Counted from the stretch's first letter, positions 10,280 through 20,881 are shown. The stretch: DNA of 64,000 nucleotides from Desulfovibrio sp. (GCA_020060545.1 JAGUZX010000135.1:4734-68733), one strand, 5' to 3'. Program-made: numbers and translations. The notes: a model not told the origin generated them from the sequence alone.

Positions 10280-11182
10280 TCAAGGGGGGGCGAGCACGGT
10301 CAGAAGGCCCGGCCTGATGCTTATTTTGGCCGGCAGCTCTCCCAAGATTTCGCCGTCGATATGCACCGGAATTGACTCTGGCGCGTTGATGGTAATTTCT
10401 TTGGCGGTGGCCGTAAGGATGGCGTTGTGGCCCAGGTGCTTTTTAAAAAATGCTTTAACCGCCAGAGTCGTGGTATTGGCGTAGTTCGTTTTCCTGACCA
10501 GGCAAATGTCCAGTTTACCGTCGTCCACCTTCGCCTGGGGAGCGATGCAAAGCTGTCCCCCGTAGTAACGGCCGTTTGAAACTACTGCCAGAATGGTTTT
10601 CTGTTCTTCGATCGTTTCTTTATCGCAGGTCACTGTCGCCGGAAAGCTGCCGAAAGTCGCCAGCTTGGCCAGAAAGGCGGTGACATAGGCCGGATAACCC
10701 CGCAGTACCTTGTTGTCCACCGTTGCAAGCTTGGCTACGGCGGCGTCAAAGCCGAAGCCGACCACGTTGAGAAAATACATTCCGTTGATCGTACCCAGAT
10801 CGATCTGCCGCGGATTCCATACGGCCAACCCCAGCAGGGCTTGATAAGAATCGCCGGGTATTTTCAGTGAACGGCGGAATCCGTTGCCCGTCCCGCCGGG
10901 GATAATCCCGACGATGTTCTTTTTAAAGTCGAGGCCGTTGACAACCTCCAGCAACGTCCCGTCTCCCCCGAGCACAACGAGCAGTTCGGCCCCGTTCGAG
11001 CGGGCCTGCTCCGCAATAGTGCTGCCGTCACCAGGGAACCGGGTCTGATGAACAGAATAAGACAGCCCTCCCTCTTGCAAGAGCGGCTCCAACCTGCGCC
11101 ACACGCGCAGGGATCGGCCCCGCCCCGCCCGGGGATTGATGATGAAAGCAGTTTTATACGGCAGCGTGGTTTCTCCCTCCAT
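10280..11182 (-). CDS. Diacylglycerol kinase-family lipid kinase (YegS/DagK-like)
   Basis: 300 aa. GGDGT motif and DAGK catalytic-domain architecture. Confidence 0.75.
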   Translation of the reverse strand: MEGETTLPYKTAFIINPRAGRGRSLRVWRRLEPLLQEGGLSYSVHQTRFPGDGSTIAEQARSNGAELLVVLGGDGTLLEVVNGLDFKKNIVGIIPGGTGNGFRRSLKIPGDSYQALLGLAVWNPRQIDLGTINGMYFLNVVGFGFDAAVAKLATVDNKVLRGYPAYVTAFLAKLATFGSFPATVTCDKETIEEQKTILAVVSNGRYYGGQLCIAPQAKVDDGKLDICLVRKTNYANTTTLAVKAFFKKHLGHNAILTATAKEITINAPESIPVHIDGEILGELPAKISIRPGLLTVLAPP

Positions 11183-11286
11183 CTCTATCGTTCGGGATAA
11201 TCTTATACTATTTCATTAGTCCTAACATGCAGCAGATAAAAAAAGGCCGTCCTGAAAATGGATACGGCGCGGTTTCATCGCGGCGT

Positions 11287-12057
11287 TTATTTTTTCTCGT
11301 CTTGCGGCATCGGCAAAAGGCGGCGCAGCTCCACCGGCAGGGGAAAAGCGATAATGGATCCCTGCTGGCTGGCGATTTCGGGGAGGGTCCGCAGCAGGCG
11401 CACAAAAAATCCGCCTTCCTGGCTGTTTAAAATACGGGCCGCTTCGGCCAGTTTTTCGGCGGCTTCCTTTTCGCCTTCGGCCTGGACGATGATCGCCCGG
11501 CGCTCTCTTTCGGCGGTGGCCTGGCGGGATATGGCCCGCTGGAGCCCTTCGGGGATGCCGACATCTTTAATTTCCACGGCGGTAACCTTGATCCCCCACG
11601 GATCTGTGGCTTCATCGAGTATTTTTTGAATTTGCTGGTTCAGCTTGTCCCGCTCGGCCAACAGCTCGTCCAATTCGGCCTGGCCGGCGACGCTGCGCAG
11701 GGTGGTCTGCGCCAGCTGGGCGGTGGCAAAGCGATACTCTTCCACGTTGACCACGGCGCGGCTGGGCTCCACCACCCGGTAGTAGACCACCGCGTTGACG
11801 CTGGTGGTGACGTTGTCTCTGGTAATTACCTCCTGTGTCGGCACATCCAGCGTCACAATGCGCAGAGAAATCCGCACCACCCGGTCCACAAACGGGATCA
11901 CGATCACCAGACCCGGTCCTTTTTCACCGCTCAAACGCCCCAGGCGGAACACCACCAGGCGCTCGTATTCACGCACAACTTTCACTGCCGAACCGAGAAA
12001 GAAAATCAGTACCACCACAACCGGGATCAACAACTGGTTTAACTGGCTAAAAATCAT
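11287..12057 (-). CDS. SPFH/band-7 (stomatin-like) membrane protein
   Basis: N-terminal TM then SPFH domain. Coiled-coil Ala/Glu-rich C-terminus. Confidence 0.8.
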   Translation of the reverse strand: MIFSQLNQLLIPVVVVLIFFLGSAVKVVREYERLVVFRLGRLSGEKGPGLVIVIPFVDRVVRISLRIVTLDVPTQEVITRDNVTTSVNAVVYYRVVEPSRAVVNVEEYRFATAQLAQTTLRSVAGQAELDELLAERDKLNQQIQKILDEATDPWGIKVTAVEIKDVGIPEGLQRAISRQATAERERRAIIVQAEGEKEAAEKLAEAARILNSQEGGFFVRLLRTLPEIASQQGSIIAFPLPVELRRLLPMPQDEKK

Positions 12058-12060
12058 TTT

Positions 12061-13413
12061 TCAACCCTCCTTTTTTTCCGGTTCATCCTTAACCGGGCGA
12101 ACCCACAGGGTCAGGGTTTCCGCCCGAATCACCTCCACTTCCGTGCCTACGGCAATGCCTGACCCGTCATGGCTGCGTGCTTTCCAAAGCTCGCCCCGGG
12201 CCTTGATCATCCCCTCCGGTGCAATTTCCGATACGGCGACCCCTTTGACCGGCTTAAAATAGGGGCTCCCGCCTTTCCACTTCCGGCGGCTGACGATCAC
12301 CCGCTGGGCAATAAGCAGGGCTAAAATCGTTATCCCGATTACCACTCCGAAGACCGTCAGGCGGAAAGAGGCGTACCACTCCGCGGCCATCAGCGGTTCA
12401 AACGGTAAAAGAATCGCCCCTGCGAGCAGGCAGACGGCGCCGCCGATCCCCAATACCCCGAAGCCGGCGGTAAAGATTTCCGCTATTATTAATCCTATCC
12501 CCAAAATTAAAAGGACTATACCGGCGGTATTGGTGTCAAAAAGGCCGATGCCGTAGATCCCCATCACCAGCAGGATCCCGCCGATCACTTCTGGTACAAA
12601 TGTTCCCGGCGCGTTTAAGCCGAAGTAGATGCCCAAAACGCCGAGCATCAGCAGCAGAAACGCAATTTGGGGATCGCTCAGCCAGTTCTGCAGCTTTTCG
12701 CGCAAATTCATTTCACCGCGCCGCAGCACCGCCCCGGCGGTGCTCAGCGTATAGCTCCGGCCCTGTTTTTCCACTTCCAGACCGTCCAGCTCCGCCAGCA
12801 GCTCGTCCAGGTCTGAAACCAGGTATTCAATGACGCCCAGCTCCAGGGCATCCCAGGAGTTTAAAGTGAGGTTTTCGGTGACAAATTTTTCGGCGATCTC
12901 CAGCGGGCGGCCCTTGGCCCTGGCCAGGCTGCGCAGGTGCTCCGCCAGGAACAAAGTTGTTTTTTCATCCGCCGGGATGGTCCCTTCCGGCGAAAGGGCT
13001 ACCGGATGAGCGGCGCCGATTGTGGTGCCCGGGGCCATGGCCGCTATATCGGCGGAAAGAACGATAAATGCCCCCGAGGAAGCGGCGATTGCTCCGGAAG
13101 GAGCGACCAATACCGCTATGGGAATCCGGGCGTTCAAGAAAGCCCTGTTGATCTCCATGGTGGCATCTACCAATCCACCCGGGGTATTCAGAATTACAAC
13201 CATCAGCTGCGCGCCCTGCTCCACCGACTCTTCGATCTGGCGCTTGAGGTAGTGCAGTTGACCGGCGGTGATGGTGCCGCCAACCTCGATTACTACAACC
13301 GCCCCTTCCGGGGTCTTTTTTACTGAAGCTCCGGCAGGCTTCACCGCGGCCGCCAGGCCAAGCAACAAAACCAATCCTATCAAGAGGAAGCCGTTCCGGT
13401 TAAACAAGATCAA
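12061..13413 (-). CDS. NfeD-family membrane-bound ClpP-class serine protease
   Basis: 450 aa. Signal peptide, ClpP-like domain, multi-TM region, C-terminal OB-fold. 3-bp gap to the SPFH gene (classic NfeD-stomatin operon). Confidence 0.8.
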   Translation of the reverse strand: MILFNRNGFLLIGLVLLLGLAAAVKPAGASVKKTPEGAVVVIEVGGTITAGQLHYLKRQIEESVEQGAQLMVVILNTPGGLVDATMEINRAFLNARIPIAVLVAPSGAIAASSGAFIVLSADIAAMAPGTTIGAAHPVALSPEGTIPADEKTTLFLAEHLRSLARAKGRPLEIAEKFVTENLTLNSWDALELGVIEYLVSDLDELLAELDGLEVEKQGRSYTLSTAGAVLRRGEMNLREKLQNWLSDPQIAFLLLMLGVLGIYFGLNAPGTFVPEVIGGILLVMGIYGIGLFDTNTAGIVLLILGIGLIIAEIFTAGFGVLGIGGAVCLLAGAILLPFEPLMAAEWYASFRLTVFGVVIGITILALLIAQRVIVSRRKWKGGSPYFKPVKGVAVSEIAPEGMIKARGELWKARSHDGSGIAVGTEVEVIRAETLTLWVRPVKDEPEKKEG

Positions 13414-13511
13414 CCACCCCCTCGCGGAAGCTCAACTTTATTTTATTATAATTTCCACTAGATTTAAAGATAACGTATATTTGGGTTTTCCATTCCTGAA
13501 AATTCTATTCC

Positions 13512-13557
13512 TTGACTCCCGCAACCAGGCAGTTTATAATATAACTATTATAGTTAT
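13512..13557 (+). promoter_or_regulatory. Sigma-A-type promoter (TTGACT-17-TATAAT) followed immediately by palindrome ATAACTAT-t-ATAGTTAT, putative Rrf2 operator
   Basis: -35 at 13512-13517 and -10 at 13535-13540 with 17-bp spacer. Perfect 8-bp inverted repeat at 13541-13557, about 25 bp upstream of the Rrf2 start. Confidence 0.55.
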
Positions 13558-13580
13558 AAATATGGAAATGGGTGGCGCCC

Positions 13581-13988
13581 TTGATTACCAAAAAAGCGGA
13601 ATACGCAATTGCCACCCTGGTGGAACTGGCCTGCCAGGGTAAAGGCTCGAAAATAATCAGCCGCACGATAGCCCAACGACGCCGGATCCCCGCGAACTTG
13701 ATTGTACAGCTGCTCAGCATTCTGCGGGAGGCCGGCTGGATCGCCAGTACCCGCGGTCCTGCCGGTGGGGTGGAACTGGTTCGCGACCCGGACCAAATCA
13801 CCTTGCGCGAAGTGATCGAGCTGATTGACGGGCCGATCGGCATTACCCGCTGCCTGACGCAAGACGGCCCCTGCCACGATCAAATCAGCTGTTCCCTGCG
13901 GGGTGTCTGGCACCGGGCGCAGGAGAAAATGCTGGAAGTGCTCGAGGCGGTTACCATTGCAGACCTGGCGCGGACTACCGGAGGTTAG
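13581..13988 (+). CDS. Rrf2-family transcriptional regulator
   Basis: N-terminal wHTH (ITKKAEYAIATLVELA) and C-terminal Cys residues (CLTQDGPCHDQISC) suggesting Fe-S ligation. TTG start at 13581 preferred; GTG at 13572 possible. Confidence 0.8.
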   Translation: MITKKAEYAIATLVELACQGKGSKIISRTIAQRRRIPANLIVQLLSILREAGWIASTRGPAGGVELVRDPDQITLREVIELIDGPIGITRCLTQDGPCHDQISCSLRGVWHRAQEKMLEVLEAVTIADLARTTGG

Positions 13989-14020
13989 AGTTTGGAAGTT
14001 GGAAGTTAGAAGAAGAATAC

Positions 14021-14063
14021 GGGCGGCGCATGCGCATACGCCGCCTTTCTGGTAGGTTTTTTT
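14021..14063 (+). terminator. Putative intrinsic terminator (GGCGGCG-catgcgcata-CGCCGCC followed by T-rich tract)
   Basis: 7-bp GC stem with 10-nt loop, then tttctggtaggttttttt. Sits between convergent Rrf2 and the 4Fe-4S gene. Confidence 0.5.
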
Positions 14064-14143
14064 GCGATGGGAGGCTGGAAGGGAGGCGGTGCGTCGCCCG
14101 CATCCGGCCTTCTGTTTTTGCCCGGTCCTGGACGGCGGCACGG

Positions 14144-14900
14144 TTAAGCTTGGCTTTTTACCGTTCCGTCGACCCCGATTATTACCTCCTTAACCCCGCT
14201 CTTCCGGCCCGCCTTTTCCAGGGCCGTCCGGATTAACTGGTTTAAACCGAAACAGCACGGCACATCCATGTGGGCGACAGTAATAGCGCCGATGGAGTTG
14301 CTTTTGAAGATCGCAACCAGCTTTTCCAGGTAAGCGGGGCTGTCGTCAAGTTTAGGGCAGCCGATGAGCAGCGATTTCCCTTTCAACAAGCGGTCGTGAA
14401 ATGCGGCATAGGCGAAAGGAACACAGTCGGCGGAGATTAAAAGGTCTTGGCCCTGTAGAAAACGGGCTTGCGGCGATACCAGGTGCAGCTGGATCGGCCA
14501 GTGAGTCAGCTCCGCTTCCGGTTCTTCTTCGACAGCAGCTTTGCCGCCGTTAAGTGCCGGCCTGCTGTGGCGGAGGTCCCTGGCCATGCTTCCGGCGCAA
14601 GCCGGGCCGCAAACTGCTTCCGCTTCAGCCTCAACACCGGGGCCGGTGTTTAAAGAATGCAGGTGCTCCTCCACCGCCGCTTCATCAAACGGCTCCGCCG
14701 CCCGCTCGATAATTTCAATCGCCCCCTCCGGGCATTCACCCAGGCAGTTCCCCAGTCCGTCGCAAAAACGATCGTCAACCAGGCGCGCTTTTCCGTCGAT
14801 GATCTGCAGCGCACCTTCGGCGCAGGAAGGAATACACAAACCGCACCCGTTGCATTTCGCTTCGTCGATTTTGACAATTTTACGGGTCTCCGCAGCCATT
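14144..14900 (-). CDS. 4Fe-4S dicluster ferredoxin-domain protein with Cys-rich C-terminal domain of unknown function
   Basis: Two CxxCxxCxxxCP motifs at N-terminus. Additional Cys (CVPF, GCPKLDD, VPCC) in the C-terminal domain. ATG at 14900 has an AAGGAGG RBS. Confidence 0.65.
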
Positions 14901-14964
14901 TTTAAATCCTCCTTTTTAATGCAAAAGTGAATTGAGCAGTTTCTGTTTTCATCTTGGCCCCGCA

Positions 14965-15469
14965 CTAATTTTCATTGATGATCTGCCGTGCTTTTTCCAC
15001 CGCATCAAGGGGAAAGTCCAGCTCCTGCGACAGCATGTGGAGAAAAGAGTCGGCCTCGCTTGCCTGTTCCGGAGCAAAGGCTCCCCGGACAGCCTCGGCG
15101 ATCAGGGCAGGCAGCGGGTCAACCTTACGGGTGACGCTTTCTGCTTCAACCCGATCCATCTTCGCCCTGATCTCCTTGACCCGGAGCGGTTCTGCCTGCA
15201 GTATCTGCGCCAGCCTCCCGTCCAGAACCCGCCGCAGCGTCTCTCCGGTTCCCAACCCTGCGCCGCCGAGGCATTTATCGGCGGAAGCACACCACTGGGC
15301 GCAGCCCAGGTTAAACTGGGGATTGACGACACTCTTCCGGCAGTTCGGGCAGCGCACCCGCACGTCCGTTTTCCAGAATTCAATTAGTGAACCGCAGTAT
15401 GGGCACTCCTGTTCGTGAATGTCTTCCGCTTTCCAGTAGCGGGTATCCTGCCCGGGGCATTTTGCAGTG
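14965..15469 (-). CDS. Zinc-ribbon protein (CPYCG...CPNC) of unknown function; start codon uncertain
   Basis: Open frame runs from stop at 15490-15492 (minus strand) without an in-frame ATG/GTG/TTG before the CxxC pairs. A G8 tract/RBS-like AAAGGGGGGGG sits just upstream. The track's GTG at 15363 would truncate the zinc ribbon. Confidence 0.4.
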
Positions 15470-15648
15470 AACAGCGGAATCCCCCCCCTTTATATAACTA
15501 ATCAGGTTAGTTATTATTATACTTGTTTTTTCCCGGTTTGACAACTGTTTTTTTTAGTTTTTAAAAGTGAAATAAAAATCGTGAAATAAAAATTAAAAGC
15601 GGAATCTCTTCCGCTTAAAAGCAGCCCTTCTGGACTCGTTCTGATGTT

Positions 15649-16110
15649 CTACGACTCGTATAACCAGCCATCCTGGTCCAGCCGGTAAGCGCATATTTCC
15701 GGTGCGCTAAAAAACAGGTCGATCTCGCGGCGGGCGCTGGCTGTCGAGTCAGAGCCGTGCACAAGGTTATTGCCGGTAAAGATAGCCAGGTCGCCCCTGA
15801 TGGTTCCCGGTACCGCCTGCCTGGGATCGGTGGCGCCAATCAATGTTCGCGCTACGGCTACGGCGTCATCTCCCTCCCAGACCATCGCCACAACAGGCCC
15901 CGAAGTGATAAATGAAAGCAGGCCGTTGTAAAAAGGCTTGCCCCGGTGTTCGGCGTAATGACGCGCAGCCAATTCCGGCGATATTTGCAGCATCTTCAGC
16001 GCTGCGAGCTGCAGCCCTTTACGCTCGAGCCGGCCGATTACCTCCCCCACCAACTTGCGCTGGACTCCGTCAGGCTTAACCATGACAAAAGTTTGTTCTC
16101 TTTTAGACAT
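15649..16110 (-). CDS. ndk: Nucleoside diphosphate kinase
   Basis: [16 protein letters not shown] start and [19 protein letters not shown] motif. Confidence 0.9.
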   Translation of the reverse strand: MSKREQTFVMVKPDGVQRKLVGEVIGRLERKGLQLAALKMLQISPELAARHYAEHRGKPFYNGLLSFITSGPVVAMVWEGDDAVAVARTLIGATDPRQAVPGTIRGDLAIFTGNNLVHGSDSTASARREIDLFFSAPEICAYRLDQDGWLYES

Positions 16111-16132
16111 TGACCGGCCTCCCTGGCCCGAC

Positions 16133-17101
16133 TTAATAAATTGTAAACAGGTGATCGTCGTCAATCACCCTGGTTTCGGTGTCACGCCGGTCCCGGTTAT
16201 CCCGCGGGACCGCAAACATGCCCCGGTGAGTCTCCGCATCGTAAAAAGAGAGCGAAAGTTTGCGCTCCCGGAGGCGCCGGTCGATCACTTCCGGTTCAAT
16301 CAGGCCCAAATCGCCATCCCGGGAAACGATGGCATAGCTCCAATCGGTATTGAAAGAAGGAACGAAAGCGTGGTACGAATAAACCCGCGGCATTACTTGC
16401 TTAATTGTGTTGAAAATGACCAGATGTGCGTCCAGGTAAGCTTTGGAGAAATCGCCGGCTTGCAGCGCCAGGATGCCGCCCTCAAAGAGCCGCGCTTTGA
16501 CCAGTTCATAAAACTGCCTGGTAAAGAGCCGGCGCGACGGTCCTTCCTCCACCGGTTCGGACAGGTCGCTGATGATTACATCGAAGCAAAGCGCGTTTTC
16601 TTCAAGGTAACGGCGCGCATCCATGTGGATAAGCTCCAGGCGGGGATCGTTAAAGCTGCCCTGGTGCCACCGCTCCAGGTATTGTTTGCACAGGGTGACG
16701 ACTTCGGCATCGATATCCACCATGACCACCCGCTCCACACAAGCGTGGCGCAGCACCTCCCGCAGCGTGGCCCCTTCCCCGCCTCCGATAATCATAACCC
16801 GGCGGGGGTTCGGGTGCAGCAGCATCGCCGGTTGAACCAGCGCTTCATGGTAAATGTACTCGTCATACTCGGCGGACTGGATCTTTCCGTCTAGCACCAG
16901 GCACCGCCCGAAAAAGTGGGTATCGACTATTTCAGCCTGTTGAAACCCGGTCCGCACGCTGCAAATATAATCCTTCACCGCGAACATGTGCGCCGTGGCC
17001 GGAGATGTATATTCGATATACCATTTATGTTCAGGAGAAGTCAAGGCAGGATCTCCTCCTTTAATAGTTAACCGCCGGTTTATGTTCCAGGGGGACATCA
17101 A
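16133..17101 (-). CDS. speE: Spermidine synthase
   Basis: [16 protein letters not shown] and DIDAEV...HMDARRYL motifs of aminopropyltransferase. Exact start uncertain. Confidence 0.85.
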   Translation of the reverse strand: MMSPWNINRRLTIKGGDPALTSPEHKWYIEYTSPATAHMFAVKDYICSVRTGFQQAEIVDTHFFGRCLVLDGKIQSAEYDEYIYHEALVQPAMLLHPNPRRVMIIGGGEGATLREVLRHACVERVVMVDIDAEVVTLCKQYLERWHQGSFNDPRLELIHMDARRYLEENALCFDVIISDLSEPVEEGPSRRLFTRQFYELVKARLFEGGILALQAGDFSKAYLDAHLVIFNTIKQVMPRVYSYHAFVPSFNTDWSYAIVSRDGDLGLIEPEVIDRRLRERKLSLSFYDAETHRGMFAVPRDNRDRRDTETRVIDDDHLFTIY

Positions 17102-17444
17102 AGATGCCGCGCTTTATTTCACGGGCGGTCATATTTTCTGCGGCAAATCTCTGTTTCAAGTAGTTACATGAAACCCATGGGTCAACGGTCTGACCACAGG
17201 TAAAAATGTCTACCGCAGCGTAACCAAATTCCGGCCAGGTGTGAATAGCCAGGTGTGATTCGGAAATCACTACCACGCCGCTGACACCCTGGGGGCTGAA
17301 CTGGTGAAACACTGTCTCCCTGACTTCAGCTCCCGCTTCCAAAGCCGCTGCCACCATCTCCTGCTTGATCCGATCCGGATTGTTTAACTTCTCCGGTGGG
17401 CAGCCGTAGAACTCGGCCAAAATATGACGGCCTAAAGCGCTCAT
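17061..17444 (-). CDS. speH: S-adenosylmethionine decarboxylase proenzyme (class 1A)
   Basis: [15 protein letters not shown]... with [13 protein letters not shown] self-cleavage motif. Confidence 0.85.
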   Translation of the reverse strand: MSALGRHILAEFYGCPPEKLNNPDRIKQEMVAAALEAGAEVRETVFHQFSPQGVSGVVVISESHLAIHTWPEFGYAAVDIFTCGQTVDPWVSCNYLKQRFAAENMTAREIKRGIFDVPLEHKPAVNY

Positions 17445-17683
17445 CTCTAATACCTCCTTGTATCCAGTTTTTTTCAAGAGAAAAGCATCAAATTACATTG
17501 TAACAAAGTTCTTTCAAATGTCAATGAAATACACTCAAAATCAGGTAAAAAAACCCGCGTTGCGGCACAAGCAGTCTTTTCCGGGCAAAATGGTGATATA
17601 TTCCTTGCCTAACCCTCTAGCTTTGGCTTAAACTAAAACCAGCGGTTTATAACGTATCATATACCAGTATAAGGAAGCAACTG

Positions 17684-19798
17684 ATGGGCGCACTGGATTT
17701 TTTATTCCATCCCAAGCAAATCGCCGTCATCGGGGCCTCCGGCTCCCCACGTAAAATTGGACGGGTCATCCTGGACAACATTGTTAAAAGCGGCTACCGG
17801 GGACGGATTTACCCGGTCAACCCGCAAGAAAAGGAGATCGCCGGTTTGAAATGTTATCCCGCCGCACATCAAATCGGAACGCCGGTGGAGCTGGCCGTAG
17901 TTGCCGTGCCCGCTGATCGCTCCCTCCAGGTGGCCCGGGAATGCGGCGCCGCCGGCGTGAAAGGGCTGATTGTTATCAGCGCCGGGTTCAAGGAAGTCGG
18001 ATCGGAGGGGCTGAAACAAGAGCGCGAACTGCTCGCCGTCTGCCGCCAGTATGACATGCGCATGGTCGGCCCGAACTGTGTCGGATTAATGGACACCCAT
18101 ACACCGTTAAATGCTTCTTTTGCCAGGGGGTTCCCCGGGCAGGGTAATATTACTTTCATTTCGCAAAGCGGCGCGATGCTGGTCTCCATCCTGGACTGGA
18201 GCTTCGCCATGGGGTTGGGCTTTTCCCGTTTCATCAGCCTGGGGAATAAGGCGGACCTTAACGAAATCGACTTTATTGAAAGCAGTGCCGCCGACCCTCA
18301 GACCAAGGTCATCCTCTGCTATCTCGAGGACGTTACGGACGGTGAACGTTTTATCCGCGTTTGCACTGCAGCCGGCAAGCGAAAACCGATTATTATCCTC
18401 AAATCAGGCACCAGCACCGCCGGGGCCCAGGCGGCCAGTTCCCACACCGGCGCCCTGGCCGGCAGCAACCGCGCCTACGAAACCGCTTTCCGGCAGAGCG
18501 GTGTCCTCCAGGTAAGCCAAATGAGCGAACTTTTTGATCTGGCCGGGGCTTTTGCCGTCCAACCGCCCCCCGCCGGGGACAGGGTGGCAATCGTGACTAA
18601 CGCCGGGGGGCCGGCGATCGTCACTACCGATGCTGTGGAAAGATCCGGCTTGAAAATGGCGCGTTTCGAGAGGGAAACCATTGACGCTTTGCATTTGAAT
18701 CTTCCTCCGGAGGCGAATATTTACAACCCCGTGGATATCCTCGGCGATGCGGGCGTGGAACGCTACCGTTTCGCCCTGGAAAAGGTGCTCCAGGATCAAA
18801 ATGTCGACAGTGCCCTGGTGCTGCTGTGCCCGGCGGCGGTAACCGAACCGGAGAAAACAGCCCGAGTAATTTTGGAGCTGAAGGACGCCTTCCCCCGCAA
18901 GCCTGTTTTCGCCGTTTATATGGGTGGGAAAAGCCTGGCCAGAGGAAAAGAGATGCTGACCCTGGGGGGGGTCCCCACTTTTACCTTCCCGGAAACCGCG
19001 GTCAAAACACTGGAAGGGATAGTGCGCTTCAGCCGTGCTGCGCTGGAAACAGCGCCGCTCCCCCCCCTGCGGCTGGAAGGCGCCGACCAGAATGCGGTCA
19101 AAGCCGCTTTTTATGACGTTTTAAAAGACCGGCGCGTGGTCCTGCTCGGCCACGAAAGTTCCCGGGTCATGGCGGCGTACGGGATCCCGGCCAGCCCGGT
19201 GCGCCTGGCTTCTTCCGCGGAGGAGGCCGCGGCGATCAGTAGGGAGATCGGCTTTCCGGTGGTGCTCAAAATATCCTCGCCCCGCATCGCGCATAAGACA
19301 GACGTCGGCGGAGTTGAAATCGGGCTGCACAACGACCGGTCGGTCGAGCGGGCTTATAAAAAGATCATGGAGCGCGTGCAGCGTTTCCTGCCGGATGCCC
19401 CCATTTATGGGGTCGAGGTTCAAAAAATGGTAGACGAAGGCGTTGAAGTGATTATCGGTATGTCCCGCGATCTCCAGTTTGGCCCGCTTGTTGTATTTGG
19501 GCTGGGCGGTATTTACGTCAACCTGATCGAGGATGTTTCTTTCCGCCTCGCTTCCGCCTTGACCACCCGCAAGGCGGTGGAAGAGCTGATTGCCGAAACC
19601 AAGGCTTATACTCTCCTGAAAGGGTACCGGGGAAAGAAAACCGCCGATATGGAGGCGCTGATCGACGCCATTTTCCGGACGGCGCGCCTGGTGCTCGATT
19701 TCGAAGAAATCTCGGAGATGGACATCAACCCCTTGCGTGTGCATACCCGGGGAGCAACCGCTCTCGATGTAAAGATGACGATCGAACGCGTGCATTAA
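17684..19798 (+). CDS. ADP-forming acyl/acetyl-CoA synthetase, fused alpha-beta subunits (NDP-forming acyl-CoA synthetase superfamily)
   Basis: 704 aa. CoA-binding N-terminus (IAVIGASGSP), ligase-CoA domain, C-terminal ATP-grasp domain. Confidence 0.85.
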   Translation: MGALDFLFHPKQIAVIGASGSPRKIGRVILDNIVKSGYRGRIYPVNPQEKEIAGLKCYPAAHQIGTPVELAVVAVPADRSLQVARECGAAGVKGLIVISAGFKEVGSEGLKQERELLAVCRQYDMRMVGPNCVGLMDTHTPLNASFARGFPGQGNITFISQSGAMLVSILDWSFAMGLGFSRFISLGNKADLNEIDFIESSAADPQTKVILCYLEDVTDGERFIRVCTAAGKRKPIIILKSGTSTAGAQAASSHTGALAGSNRAYETAFRQSGVLQVSQMSELFDLAGAFAVQPPPAGDRVAIVTNAGGPAIVTTDAVERSGLKMARFERETIDALHLNLPPEANIYNPVDILGDAGVERYRFALEKVLQDQNVDSALVLLCPAAVTEPEKTARVILELKDAFPRKPVFAVYMGGKSLARGKEMLTLGGVPTFTFPETAVKTLEGIVRFSRAALETAPLPPLRLEGADQNAVKAAFYDVLKDRRVVLLGHESSRVMAAYGIPASPVRLASSAEEAAAISREIGFPVVLKISSPRIAHKTDVGGVEIGLHNDRSVERAYKKIMERVQRFLPDAPIYGVEVQKMVDEGVEVIIGMSRDLQFGPLVVFGLGGIYVNLIEDVSFRLASALTTRKAVEELIAETKAYTLLKGYRGKKTADMEALIDAIFRTARLVLDFEEISEMDINPLRVHTRGATALDVKMTIERVH

Positions 19799-19819
19799 AA
19801 GGCTAAATGAGGTGAAGCG

Positions 19820-20881
19820 ATGAAAACCATCTATTTCTCGGGCAAAGCAGGCGACGGGAAAACCGCCACCGCCCTCGGGATCGCGCTGAAACTGCAGGAG
19901 CAGGATCTCAAAGTTTCATATTTTAAGCCCCTCGGCTTCCAGAAAGGGGCGGTCAAAAAAGAAGACGACGATGTCCTGCTGATGCGCGAGGTATTGAAGC
20001 TGCCTTTCCCGGGCGAGGTGCTCTCCCCGGTAACGGTTAACGCTCATTACCTGGCGGGACGTTTCCTAAAAGAAGATCCATCAATCTGGTATAAGATTGA
20101 TGAATCGTTCAACCGCTGCAGCCGGGGTTATGATGCGATAATCATCGACGGCAGTGTGGCGCCTTTTGTCGGTTACAACCAGGGCCTTGACGACTTCAGC
20201 CTGGCGAAGCATTTTGGTGCTGCTGTCATCTATATCCTTAAAACGGAAGATGACTTCGAGCTGGATCGCGGCCTTCTCTACATCGAGATATGGTCGTGCC
20301 GGGAGGTCCCTCTGCTCGGCTGCATCTTCAACAATATTTCACGGGCCCAGTGGGATAAAACCAGGGGGGTTTACAGGCCGATCCTGGAGCGAAAACAGAT
20401 CCGGGTTCTGGGGGTAATCCCCCGCCAGGCCGAGATTGCCGCGCCCACGGTGGCGGAATTCTACAATGCTTTGGGCGGGGAGATCCTGGCGGCGCCCGAC
20501 CGGATGAACCGGTTGGTTGAAGAAGTGGTCATCGGTTCCATGACCATTGAAAGTGCGCTGGGGTACCTCCGCCGCGCGCCGAACAAGGCGCTGATCACCG
20601 GGGGGGATCGCAGCGATATGGCTTTGACGGCCCTTGAAACCAGCACCTCGGTCATTATTTTTACCGGCGGGCTCTACCCCGATGTGCGAGTCCTCGCCCG
20701 GGCGGAAGAAAAAGGCGTCCCCGTAATTTTGGTTCACGAAGACACCTTTTCTACCGTGGAAAACCTGCATAAGGTTTACCGCAGCATCCATCCCCAAAAC
20801 AACGAAGCGATCCGGATCGTCATGGATAATATCGAGAAACACGTGGACTTGACACCGGTTTTAGATTACATCCGGCAGTAA
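19820..20881 (+). CDS. Stand-alone phosphotransacetylase-N-terminal-like protein (BioD/MinD-like P-loop plus DRTGG domain)
   Basis: FSGKAGDGKTATALGIA P-loop. C-terminal LITGGDRSDMALTALETS (DRTGG-type). RBS-coupled 21 bp after the ACD stop. Confidence 0.6.
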   Translation: MKTIYFSGKAGDGKTATALGIALKLQEQDLKVSYFKPLGFQKGAVKKEDDDVLLMREVLKLPFPGEVLSPVTVNAHYLAGRFLKEDPSIWYKIDESFNRCSRGYDAIIIDGSVAPFVGYNQGLDDFSLAKHFGAAVIYILKTEDDFELDRGLLYIEIWSCREVPLLGCIFNNISRAQWDKTRGVYRPILERKQIRVLGVIPRQAEIAAPTVAEFYNALGGEILAAPDRMNRLVEEVVIGSMTIESALGYLRRAPNKALITGGDRSDMALTALETSTSVIIFTGGLYPDVRVLARAEEKGVPVILVHEDTFSTVENLHKVYRSIHPQNNEAIRIVMDNIEKHVDLTPVLDYIRQ

